Source of the DNA: Eimeria praecox
Taxonomy: Eukaryota
Assembly (NCBI GenBank): GCA_963920595.1
Contig: OY986947.1
Span: 3,906,001-3,970,000 of the forward strand
Reading direction: 5' to 3'
DNA length: 64,000 bases
Shown: one piece after another, positions 19,404 through 31,454 of the stretch
Position numbering within the stretch: the stretch's first letter is position 1
Layout of the letters: each line of letters starts with the position of its first letter
Made by a program: the position numbers and the translations under genes
The notes under the pieces: generated by a model
The model's database searches: none
What the model was told of the DNA's origin: nothing
What the model saw: only the letters and a program-made list of their open reading frames with translations

Positions 19404-20653
19404 ATGTCGCGCCGGGTGTCAACGCTGGGGGCGGGCAACCCCAAGGCGACTAGTGTGCCCAAGAACTTCGATTTACTGCCTTTTCCCTCTCTCCGTGTCC
19501 GACTGCACCCTGTGCCGCTTATGACTATCCTGGATGCTTATATCCGCCGGGATGAAGGCCAGGAAAACGTCATCGGCACTCTCCTCGGCTCGTGCTCCGA
19601 TGGAAACGTCATTGATGTCACAGACTGCTTCGTAGATCGACACTCCTTGACAGGAGAGGTTTGTTAGCTGTTATAAAGGATGCAAAGGGGGGAAGCGGGG
19701 ATGCGTATGGAAGCATTGCACTCGTTTCAGCTGTCGTGGTCTCCGCCTGTCTTGCTTTTGTTCAGGGTTTGCTGCAAATTATTAAGGACCACCACGAGAG
19801 CATGTTCGAGCTAAAACAGCAGGCCAATGGAGGAAATGGTGGAGTGAGGGAGGTGGTGGTGGGCTGGTTCTGCACAGGCAGTGAAATGACTGAACTAACG
19901 TGCGCTGTGCACGGCTGGTTTAAGCAATTTTCCTCCGTTTCCAAGTTCTTTCCTCAGCCACCGCTGACGGAGCCGATCCACTTGATGGTAGATGCCATTA
20001 TGGAGAGTGGGAGTTTCGCAGTGAAGGTACGTAGTCCTGTGGGCAACCTCTGCATGCATGTATTTATTGCAAGCATGCATTCAAGAATTGCAGTGTAGCT
20101 GCACGTATTCCTCTCCTGTGTAGGGCCAGAGTAGTAGAAATCATGGGTGTTGGGAAATTGCTTGCTTGCGCCGCAGGTGTACACACAGGTGCAGATGACC
20201 ATGGCTAGAGAGGCTTGCTTCCAGTTTCATGAACTCCCCTTGGAACTGTATGCATCCCCCTCTGACCGAATTGGCTTAAGGCTGCTCCAGAAAGTCCGCA
20301 CGGCGCATCGTAGCCATCCACCTAAAGCTGAAGAATTGATGGAGCCAGCGGCAGATGGTGTTTTGTTGGATGAGATGGGCGACGGCCTCAGTGCTGAACT
20401 AGAGCAGCTGCAAGAGAAGCTTGAAATTTGTGCCTCATACGTTCGAAGTGTGTTGAATGGAGAAACCGAACCAGATCCTGAGGTGGGCCGTTTCCTCAGC
20501 GCAGCTTTGAGCGGGGCGACGGAATCAGAACTGGAAAACTTCGAACAGCTTTGTCAGAACACGCTGCAGGACAGTCTCATGGCGGCGCATTTAGCTAGAC
20601 TGGCGAAATTACAGTTCGCTGTTGCGCAGAAACTGAACAACTCATTCTTCTGA
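19404..20653 (+). CDS. EIF3F: Eukaryotic translation initiation factor 3 subunit F (MPN/Mov34 family), 330 aa, 3 exons
   Basis: Exons 19404-19658, 19766-20026 and 20177-20653. Motifs VRLHPVPLMTILDAYIRR, VIGTLLG, VTDCF, EVVVGWF, DPEVGRFL and LQDSLMAAHLARLAKLQ are typical of eIF3f. Confidence 0.92.
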
Positions 20654-22476
20654 GGGCGAATAAGAGTAAGCAGCGCCTCTCTGCATGCATGCTGACTTTG
20701 GCTTAACGGGGCAGCGTGTTCCCGTGCATAAAGAGGCCCGCCAATTATTTGCAACCTAGGCGGCTGCACTGACTTTCTAGTGAATTATATCTTTCCATTT
20801 CAGGGGAGTCTGTGGCCCCAATCATCGGGATGTAGCTACTTTTCTAAAAAACCTTATCTTTTTAGGACCCATCCTAAATATACAACTCGAATGTGCCCTA
20901 AACCCTAAACCTTTAGACCTCGGCGAAATGATTAGGCCTCTGAATGCTTTATCGCACTGTGGTAAATTGCTACAATTGAGACGTGAAGGAGGAAGCCGGT
21001 GACGCACCACTAAACGCATAACCGTTGGGCTGGCCATCTCGGATGACAGGGGATGGAATTGTGGCACTTGTGCTGTCTATTCGTCTTCGGTGCTCTGTGG
21101 AACCGCCGAAACATTTGCATGCAGTCCTTACACTGGGTACGTTTTCCTGACAGTAACCGCCCTCGCCGCTTACGGCAAGCATTACAGCCATCAAGAAGGG
21201 CCAGTGGCACACAGCAGAAAGGATGCCTGGGACAAACACTTCCCGGTGCAGCAGATGCCGGCCGCCCCTTTCCATTCACGCCCAAAAGAACGAGCTCTCT
21301 GGTGCATCAAGCAGTTGCATCAACGTAGATGCGCTTGGTGCTGGTGCATCAAGCGCATCTACGTTCAGCGCGAAGACATCATAAACAGTGGCTGCTAGAG
21401 TTGCACTGAGTGTAGGCACCGCCAGGCGGCTCCAGCTCCGCAGGGCGACAAACTACTGCTTATGCCTAGCATTTGATTAAAAGGGTAAGCAGGGAGATTT
21501 TAATTGTTCGTATACAGTGTTCCTGTACGCCCAGATGCACATCGTCGCGCGTCTCCGAGTGCAAGACACCATAGGGTCGACGCAGGATATTCGCCCAACA
21601 GTGCTAAATAAGGCGCAGCTGCAGGTATATAAATAAATATATATGCAATTGAGCGAAATGGAAGCTCTTTAGAACTGCGGTTACTGCATTTGCCCTTACA
21701 GAACAGCTCCTATGCCTTCTTGACCCAATGGTCACCTTTGCTGGTTCACCTGTATCAGTGAAAAGGGGTAATCTCGCGGGGACTGACAGTATTAATGAAT
21801 GCTCACTATGTTACTAACAGAATTTATGTACAAACATTGGGCTAAGCAAGAGCTTCACACTCATGCTGGTCTCACAAGACCTCGTGCTCGATGAGGTGCT
21901 CGGGGTGTGCTTTCCGTTCCTCGCCTCTGGTGGGCGGCGCCCGATCATTGAGCACTCCGCAGTTGAATAGACCCATTATACATAACTACGTTTTCTCGTA
22001 GCTACAATTTTTAACTAATACATCAAGTTTTGGGGTTAATAATTTTTAAGTAAGGCTGTACTGGGGCTCTATATGAGGGCTTCGTGCTGTCCATTAAGCC
22101 CCTATAGCGATTCGATGGTTCTCACCTGAAAGGGTTCGTTTTTCACATCACTGATTTATTTGAATTGATTTTTTCCTTTCCTTACGAAGTAGTTGTCTCA
22201 TTATTCCCTCGTCTGAGACACGACGGTACCTCTGTTCCCGCGAGTTCAAGGAAACCGCTTCCCCGTGCTGCTTGACGACCAGGACCTCTCTGGGGGGAGT
22301 CTCACCGTGCTTTTTAGCTGATTTTGAGGCTTTCAGCAAATCCCGCCCTCTCAGTGGACCTTGCAGACATATAAGCCTACCCGGTTTACCGGGTTTCGCA
22401 ATAGCAGCAAACGCGTCGTGCCACGTGTTGTGGACGGCATTTGTGATCTACTTTTCTGTGATTTTCGCTCACTAAA

Positions 22477-24030
22477 ATGCAGAGATTAATTGCCTCTGCA
22501 GTCATCCTGGCCACAGTGCCAGTGAGCTTATGCAACGGCGCCGGTAGAACTGTTTCGGATGACTGGTCAACTCGTGGACAACTGTTGAGTGAAGTGGCCA
22601 TGCCCACACCTTCGAGGGAGCCTGATGATGCATTTTCTTCTGCTGAGAAGCCCAGCGGTTCGCCTTCGCCTGAGGTTCTTAAGAGTGGTGACAGCATGGA
22701 TGCTGGTGAGGACATTGTCCTGCAGACAAGGCCAGCGCCTCCTGCAGAAGAGGCCCTGCAGGAAGGAGACGGGAGTGACGTGGAGGCATTAGGAAGGGTC
22801 CCTAGTATAGGTCAGACAGGCAAGAGTATCTGGAAGAAGAACCCCAACATTCTAACCGCAAGCATTCTCGTTGCGACGTTGATGCTCATCGCGAGAATGT
22901 TTTCATCAAAGCTTGTAGCCTCGCTACAGGGAGCAAAGCTCCTCTCGCCGAAAGATGGTGCTTTGGGAGAAGGCGCAGAAGGTGGGGCTAGCGAAGAGGA
23001 GCCGCTTACTCCAGCCGCTGACCTTCGACGTAAGATTCGAAACATGACTGACCACTTTAGGCGTGCGGCAGTCCGGGCAGAGACGTGGGCTAACAGCTCG
23101 GAGAGTGTGCTGCTCTCCATCAAAGGGGGAGAAGGACAAGCCAGTGCGCAGTCGACTGCGGAGACCCTTGCGCAGAAGATGTCGTCCATAGCATATTCAT
23201 TGGTAGAAAACGTTGGACCAATATGTGCTGGCCTGGAGGATATTGCTAAGGATATCGAAACTGCAGAAACTCAGGAACAGGCAGCTGAGGCAGCGGCTCG
23301 TGTCCGAGCGTTGGTACAAGCCGTCGAGAATATTGGCAGCAGGGCCTCCGTAGAATATTTCAGAGTTGCAGAGCTGACTGCCACTCTGACCAGCCAAGCA
23401 AGGATGCTTCTCGAGGTATATCCAGAAATTCTTGTACTCGCGAATAACTTATCAGATCCGCTGCCCAAGCCTTACACTGACCAGCCAGCCAGTCAAACAC
23501 ATGCAACAAGACCTGCCGGAGATGCCTCATTTGCTGATTTGAAGACTCTGCTCGAAGCAGTGAGTGTCACGGAGGCTCTTCAGGAAGCGAAAATGCAGAA
23601 GATTCTGAGCATCTCCTTGCAGGGGCCGCACGTTGCGCATTTGATACAGTTGGTAAAGAAATGCAGTGACCATCTAGAGGACATGCGTGGGGCTATGAGA
23701 ACGCTAACAGAGGCCCAGGAAAGCGCGGAGGCCGGAAGATTACCGGAGGATCGTCCTGATGTAAAAGGCGCCGTAGAGAAGCTGTTGGCTGTCAAAGCGC
23801 AGCAGGAAAAATTGGGTGAGGAACTGAGGCTGGAGCTGGACTTGCGTGTTGAGCAGGCACTTGAACACCTTGAAGTAGGCCGCGTTTTGCTACAGCGAGG
23901 TGATGGTGCGCGCTGGAAGAAAAGTACGCACCCACTGTTGCTTCTGGCCAGATCAGTCAGGAGGCACGCTGCCGGTGTGTATAAATCATTGTCTCGCTGG
24001 AGAGAGTTCGTGCAAGACACGTACCCGTGA
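22477..24030 (+). CDS. Single-exon hypothetical protein (517 aa) with signal peptide, one TM helix and a helical C-terminal region
   Basis: Uninterrupted 1554-nt ORF with AAAATG context. Hydrophobic N-terminus, acidic spacer, TM ILTASILVATLMLIA, then Ala/Glu/Leu-rich helices. Confidence 0.85.
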   Translation: MQRLIASAVILATVPVSLCNGAGRTVSDDWSTRGQLLSEVAMPTPSREPDDAFSSAEKPSGSPSPEVLKSGDSMDAGEDIVLQTRPAPPAEEALQEGDGSDVEALGRVPSIGQTGKSIWKKNPNILTASILVATLMLIARMFSSKLVASLQGAKLLSPKDGALGEGAEGGASEEEPLTPAADLRRKIRNMTDHFRRAAVRAETWANSSESVLLSIKGGEGQASAQSTAETLAQKMSSIAYSLVENVGPICAGLEDIAKDIETAETQEQAAEAAARVRALVQAVENIGSRASVEYFRVAELTATLTSQARMLLEVYPEILVLANNLSDPLPKPYTDQPASQTHATRPAGDASFADLKTLLEAVSVTEALQEAKMQKILSISLQGPHVAHLIQLVKKCSDHLEDMRGAMRTLTEAQESAEAGRLPEDRPDVKGAVEKLLAVKAQQEKLGEELRLELDLRVEQALEHLEVGRVLLQRGDGARWKKSTHPLLLLARSVRRHAAGVYKSLSRWREFVQDTYP

Positions 24031-26065
24031 AAAAGAACCACCGGCTACCCAAACCTGGGACGTATCCGTTTTATTCGCCGCATAACCTTCAGCAGGAATT
24101 GGCTTTATTTGCGATGGAAGAGAAGCTGCTGTAATATACAGCTTCTAGCCAGTGGTGTTGTGTTCGAACGGAATAACGGTTGTGTTGCTATAGCTTCAGT
24201 GTGATGTGGGTGGGAATGCATATATAGGTACGGAAATAAGCGTTTACTATCCACTGCGAAGAGAATTCTCTCCAGTGATGGGGAACCTATATTTTCCGGT
24301 TTGAATATTTAATCGAACATGTTTTTTGCTAGCCCTTAGACGATGCATACGCTGAAGTGAACTGCGGAGCACACAGTTGCCACATGCAACTGAAGGAGTA
24401 TAAACTCTGTTGTAGTACAAGCATTGGTGTCTTGTAAGGTCGGTAGGTAGGTCAGGAACAAACTTGGTGTTCTTTTCATCTATTGCGAGGATGCCGATAA
24501 TGAATAGTGTGGTGGGCGTTTCCCGGATTTGCCCAGTTTAGCAGGACTAGACAGTTTGGGGACTAGTTAGAGCAGAGTCAGGTTGGCCATTTTCTGAAAT
24601 GCATTTTCGTCTACCAGTTGCCCTGCCCCTTCAGGGGCGTATAGGGACCGCCAAGAGTAAACTTAGCGGCCCTCGGTAGAGGGGAGGAATGTTGCATTAT
24701 TCTGCGCTGCGACAACAAGCAAACTGCAAGTCGTAAGGCAAGCGCCTACTATATTATCCCCAGGTCACGTTTCATGATGAACTATTTTGGTGTTTAGCAC
24801 TCCAATGATTAAACCACCTTCCTGTGACGAATACTCAACGACAGGGTGCAACTGGCCGTTACGTTACCTCTGGACCCCTTACTTCAAGTCCTCCCTTTTA
24901 TGGGATCCTTAAGATATCGTGCCCTGTTGGTGAACGCCACAAACAGAGTGTGGACACTTTTCAAGAGCGCTTCCCGACTGTGTCCCAGCAACGGAAAAGT
25001 AGTGCATCGGGAGCAACTAAGCTAGGGTACGTTGGTTGGAACATAGGGATAAAGGCGTCTCATTAGAAGAGTCCAAAACAAGCGGTAATTCGTTGCCTGG
25101 TGCATTCTCGGATACTAAGCAGAGGATACTTCAGACAGTTATGCTTTTTCCCAGGGGAAAAACACATCGATGAGGCAAGTTTGCCTCTTCACTAACTCCA
25201 CTAGCCACTTTGTAGAAGCAGTGTTGGGAAAGGCCCCGAGAGTTCGTTGGTTTTAGTCCTTGAACGCTGCCCCTGGGCTAGTATCCGTTAGCCGCCCAAT
25301 GGTCCGGCTTTCTTCAGCAATATTGAGAATTTCATGCGCTTCAGACTGCAGCATCCAACGAAGTCCTGTGCTTACCCTTGCTAGAGAGCACAAAGACGAA
25401 ATATGTAAGTTTTTGGACAAGCATTTCAGTGGAAGTGACACCGCCTCGGCACCGCCTCAGTGTTACGGGTACAGTTGATAGGCCTGAGCCCGCGACCTGC
25501 CGGTCGCCGATATTTCACCGAAGTCCAGAAGAGGAAATAAGCTAATCGATGTTTCCGATGCTCGATTCCAGTATTAGAAGGAACCTCTACTAATTTGTTC
25601 GCGTGTTACGTGAGCGCTGTAGAGCTAACGTGCCGTGGCTACGGGCCAATGGGCACCCAAGCCCCAGGGTGTGACCGTTATGCGCCGGGCGGTATCCGCT
25701 GGTGTTTTTGAAAGGAAGAACAAATCATCTTATAAAAACAATAAATGAGTTCATGGTACTACTGATGGAGCCGCGTATTTCTTGTTGGAGCTCAAGCGCT
25801 CTGTAGTGTCGCCAGTAGCAGCCTGTCCAGCGCCAATGAATCCTCATCGCTAGACACTCTGGACCTTCAGCAATACCACACACTGGGCGCCTGATATGCG
25901 CCTTGAATGAGCTGCATTTGCAGTATTTAGATGGCTCGCGTGAGGTGCACCGACTGGTTCGCCGGCGGCTGGCCGTCCTCAGACAGCGTGGAAGGTGGCC
26001 CGCCTTCTCGAGACCTTGTGCCCTCTTGACCTTCTCCAGGGCATATCATCTAAATCTTACTACGT

Positions 26066-29000
26066 ATGGGCCTTTTGTTAGTTCGAGAGGTACCGAACAC
26101 CCAGCAAACTGGCTTTTTTTCCGAAGGAGGGACCTCACGGCCTTCGCACACCTGCGGAGACTTTGAATGCGGTGATCGGTCGCCTCGGGGACCCCTGACG
26201 CGCTCGTTATCAATGGATCCCGATAATAAAAGTCGCCCATCTGAATATATACCAGGGCGTTCTGATAGCAGTGGCAGCTCGAATCCTACCATGCGCTTTG
26301 CTGCTGACGCACCGCGGAGGAAGAGCATCGCACCTGATCCGGTTCCTTCCGACGCTCACAACTTTAATGGGGAAGTTACAGATGCTGAAAAGGAACTGGA
26401 GATTGAACATACCCCTTCTTCTTCATCGGTAAGCTATTACTTCGTTCGATACACCACAGGCTAGCATAGTTTTTCGACCAGTTGTCGTGGGTGGGGCAGG
26501 TCTTGTATAGGCGAGGCTGCGAGTTTCACTCCTACTGCAGAGAACGTTTGGTTATTTCTCCTCAGGAATGCAGTGAAGATATTTTGCCGGAGTCTGAGAG
26601 TACTGGGGGGCCCCTTAAAGCAATCCGCGACCTGGAGGAGGCATTGTGGCTAGTTCAGGGAGAACTCGCTGAAGAACAAAGTGCGCATATTCTTTCGTGC
26701 AGCAGAAAGCTCCCTTTGGTTTCAGAAGCAGGCTGCTGACATGTTGCTGTGCCCTGTTGACCTGTTGTGCATACGTGCTTTGTTTTGTTGAATGGTTGCC
26801 AGGGTTGCGGGAGGAAGAAAGGAAGCACTACGCAGTCTTCCAGGATGAGGTGAGCAGGTAAAGGGTAGCCATACGCCTCAAATAGAAACTCTGCAGCCCC
26901 ACACTAATTAAAGGAAGGCTCAACATTTGTTTGTGCGTGTTTCTCAGTACCTCCGCCTTCAAGAGGAAAGTGCCATCAATAGCAAGCGAATTACTGCTGC
27001 GGAGGTTCGCTCGTTTCTGCTGCATCGCAGTGCTTGCTTCCATATTTCAGTTAGTGCAGTGCTACGGTGTGCTGAATTGCTGTAATCTGTGGATCAAGAG
27101 GATTGTGAGTGTTTTGTTGAAGGTGTCTGCAAAAGCCGCGCGTTCTCTCGCAAGTGATGCAGTTGAGGACAAAGAATATTTTGCGAGGCTCCTCTACGAA
27201 ACACAAACACAGGTGCGGCCTAACTGGAACCTAGTTGGTTCGATCGTGTACCCCTGAATGCCACTCCCATTTCTACACCGGCATTTCAAGCTCTGGCCCG
27301 AGCCTGAACTGCTTCCCTTGAGAAAGTCGGGCGTTTTGCGCGCAGCTTCATTGCGTGACTGCCCTTGTCGAAGACGTCATGCCTCGATTCAAGACAAAGC
27401 TTAGGTACGAGTGGCACTTCCTCTGTGATCCAACATTCTTATTAATAGCGACTGGAGGACTTATTCAGTAGTGTGGGAACTGAATCTGTTCATTCATGCC
27501 TTTGTTGTTCTGCCGCTCAGCCAGCTCATTGAACAAGGGAACACAGTTGTTGCTTTGCTGGCCCGCCGTTGGCCAGAGGCCAGATTGAGGAAGCAAATCG
27601 AAGCTCTTGGCATAGCAAATCAGCCGTTGGCACGCTGGGCTCTATTTCATGCCTTAAAGCCAAAGGAAATCCCACATTCACGACCAACAACTGAGCGTGG
27701 CTCTGATGTTTGCGCATCGTGTCCCTCGTCGTCTCGTGAATTAAAGCGAACTGAAAACTTCGTGGGAAGTGATGCATTGAAATCTCAAGTGAAAGAAGGA
27801 GAGGCTGCTTCAGCGTTTCACTCTGTCGAGGAGACATCGGAGAAAATCCAACGGATTCAAAGAGCCAGCGACCAAGTGGATAGTGTCAGTGGGAAGGGTG
27901 GGCGGGGCCGCTTGCCGAAACTGAGAATGGTAGCTGTAAATGAAACACCGGACTGTCAACCCTTTCATTTCCGTCACCATGCAGAAGCGCTTCCATCCAG
28001 AATGTCCCTTGTAAACAGTTCAGCCGTTGACAGACGTGGAGACACTAAGGCACATGCTGAGGGCGCCAGCATCCCCAAGGATGGAATCAGGCTAGTACCT
28101 CGACCACCTTCAGTAGCAACGCTTTCACGACTGCAAAATGCTGCTGACCGTAAAGTGAAGCCACCTGATTCCACTGTTCAGTCTACTCCAAGCGGTGCGA
28201 GGCACCCTCTACCCCCTCTGCCTGTCGGAAAGATAGTTTTACAGGGAGCAGCAGGATTGGCATCCCGCGATTCCCACCGAGCAAACCGGGTTCAGGCTGC
28301 CTTCACAAGGAACACTGCGCGAGGCGAAATACCGTCCTGCAAGCAGGAGAGTTTAACGGTTGCCCCTCCTACGTCCTCACGGAGATACAGCTCGAGGCAG
28401 ACAAGACAGAGCAAGGAGGACCATGGGCTGAAGCCCTGCGAAGCCCAGGAGTATACGTTCAAGCCAGCTTCTGTCAGCTTACCCTCAAGGCGCTCGGTCA
28501 CCCAAAGGAGAAATTCTTTGGATCACGAACGAGCATCTATCCATCTATCCACACCGGGTAACTTGCGTGCCACCCAGCCGCCGTCTCGTATGGGTTCTCC
28601 TCCAGACAGCGGCCTTCCCAGCCGTATGTCCTGCGGAACCGTACTGCCCACTTGCAAAGCTTTTATCAGGAGGCAGTTGGTAACTAATCCTGTAGACGAG
28701 AAAAAGGAACAAAAACGTGGGACAAGGCTCTTCCAAGACCTGACGCCGCTTGCTTCGAAAGGGGCAAGCGTGGCCTCCCAAGCTCAAAGCGCTACTGACG
28801 GTACAGTCGGGTCGCATTCACTGAAGATAGCCCCACCATCCATACGGGCGCTACACCAGCATCCAACTGTTAACACTGAAGACCTCAGCCGCACGCCAGA
28901 TACATATGCAGGCATTGCTCCTCCACTCCTTTCTGCCGGCAGCAACAAAGACTTGGAGGGCTGCTCAAACAGTGCAAATCTCCCCCAACAGACAGATATC

Positions 29001-29966
29001 ACGACGCCACCAAACCCTGATGCATTGAGGTTAAGTGGAACACGTGCTGTACGTATATTACATACACAAGAAGCAGTAGGAAGCAAGTCGAATGATTACA
29101 CCGACGGAGAAGGAGTTGTTGCAGCAGGAGACCACCGCATTGAGATGGGCGAGAGCTCAGCGCTTCCTCCTCACAGTGCAGCCAACTTGGGTTCTAAGAT
29201 AACTGCTCACAGTCAAGAAGCGAATCAAGAGAATCTACAGGCTGTGCCTACTTCGACTCCTCAAAGTGATACGAGTAAAGGAAGTCCTAAAATGGCTGCC
29301 GCTGCAAAGCTCATACAAGCACAGCATCATGGGCTCATGCATCAGCCAGAGTTGCATTCGTCGGCGGCACCCCGTATTCAAGGAGGTTCACTGAATTTGT
29401 CCAGAGGGGAAAAAGGGCATGTGGCTATGGACACAAACAATGCACAGCATTTCTTACCCTGTGGCGTGGCTCGAGGCACGCTCCCGGCTCATCCACAGCA
29501 GTTTCAACTCAGTGCTTCACAGCAGCCAGGAAGAGAGTGGGCACCGGGGTTCCGTTGTGAAATGCCACGACGCTCATCTCTCCCAGAGAGCTGTTCAAGG
29601 GGCTTGCAGCCGTCCGGGAGCAACATGTTTGTGCAGCATCAGCCGGTGATCGTAGGTCAGAGCCTTGCCGGCATGCAATGGCCAACACAAGCAATACGAC
29701 AGCCGCCGGCATTCGCCCATAGGAATCCCTGTTCGTACAACTTCCAGCAATTGGCAAGCTTTCAACAGCACCCCGGTTCGATTTCTCAGCAATATCTGCA
29801 AAGCCAGGTTCACCAACTCCATCAACATCAGCGGGTCGTTCCAAACCAGCATCAGGCTGCAGCTGCGAATATCCAGTACCTAATGCGAAACTTCGGACCA
29901 GAATTAATTGCAAGGCAACGGAATCATACTGGGATCCCAATGCCTGGTGGTTGGGGAAGCAGGTGA
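26066..29966 (+). CDS. Hypothetical protein (~1018 aa) with a short coiled coil and a long Ser/Pro/Gln-rich disordered tail
   Basis: Exons 26066-26428, 26566-26680, 26803-26849, 27123-27212 and 27525-29966 are phase-consistent GT-AG. The start codon is uncertain. Confidence 0.72.
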
Positions 29967-31454
29967 TCGGTAAGGGGCAAGCCGAATGTTGAGACTCTTG
30001 GAAGAAGTTTTTGTAAGTTGAAGCAGCCTGGAGCAATGTCGTGGGTCATCTCTCCGTTTGACCCTGATACGCTTTTTCTCAAAAAGCAAACCTCAGGTAA
30101 ATTTTCGCTTTCTGAGCAGCACAGCACTCCTCGTTAAATGACAAATAGTGCGCTTGCCAGTCTGCGGACAAAGCATCCGACAACTTGTTCGTCTTCTTTT
30201 AAGTCATATGGGCTTGAGCAAAGACAGTCCTCATCCATTTGGATTTTGCGGACAAGGTTGATTGGGGAGGGCATATAGGGCGATATCAATGCTCAGTAGA
30301 ATCTTGCTAGCGTAAATTGTGGCGCGCATTTCATTGGGAGTGGGGGCGTGTTAAAAACCATCGGCATGGTCTAACGTACGACTCATTGGAAAGGCCTAGT
30401 CTAAGTAAAATTTGCTACAAAGCATACGCTGGGATGAGTCATATGCTCACAAGCCCAGTGTCTCGTGACACGTGAGCTTTCGCTGTAGCTTGACGTGCAC
30501 GTGATGATGCAGGAAGGTGAAACATACAGAAGTTTATGCAGGTCACCTGCTGACACATTACATAACTTTTTGCACTAACCATAGGGGTATAATTGAGGGA
30601 ACGCTTATCCACCATGGAGGACAACGCATTCTAGTCTCGCCGTGGTGCCGTCTTTTTCGTGAGAAGGGTGTCCGTGGACTACGGGTGATCGAGCTTAATC
30701 TTTCGGTGGGCCCTAGCAATTTTGGTGAAAAGACCAACAATCAGAAGATACTGACTACCCCAGATCCGCAATGCGCATTGATCTGCCGCCCAACGCTAAA
30801 TGGGCGGCAGGTCAGGAAGGACTAGACAAGTCCCAATGGGCCGGCGGCAGCAGCTGAGCAAAACATGGGACCAAGGCAAGAGTTTCATAATTTTTCATTG
30901 CCAGAATAGCAATATAATACAGCCTCCTAGCAGAAGAGGGGAGTAAGGAGGACTTTTTGCTCCGCTTGCGTTCGAGATACATCGTGCTGGCTCGAGACTG
31001 TTCCCGGACCATCCGGCTATTGCTTGAAATTTGTTGCAGCGCATGCCTACCTCTCTTTGAAAACCGACAATTCTTCAATTGATTACACATGCAATACGTG
31101 ACAAACATAATGCGTCGGTGGAAGAGTTGCAGGGGCTCCATATAGCTGCATCGACGACGCCGAACAGCGACGCTTTAGGCGAAGCATTGCTGTCAGTGTG
31201 CGCAACGAGCTGCCTTCATCGCAGCAGCAGAAGCTGGCGTGAAGTGCTACACTCACGAAGGCTTGCGTACTGGTCTTAATGTGCAGCCGGGGTGCTGACG
31301 AAGGGGATCAGCTTATGCATCGTGGTTCTGTCTGAAGCAACCCCTACCCTTCATCACGCCCGTAGCTTTGAGTGGACATCAGAGTCTATAGGGATGCAAC
31401 AAGTAGCGAACCCCTATTTTTATGGGCCAGACAGAGCTCCTCTAGGCGCCGAAG

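Noticed and set aside
24700..25700. gag-like remnant (RK*ANRCFRC near 25535)
   Set aside because: Only a half zinc-knuckle resemblance with no supporting motifs; too weak without a search.
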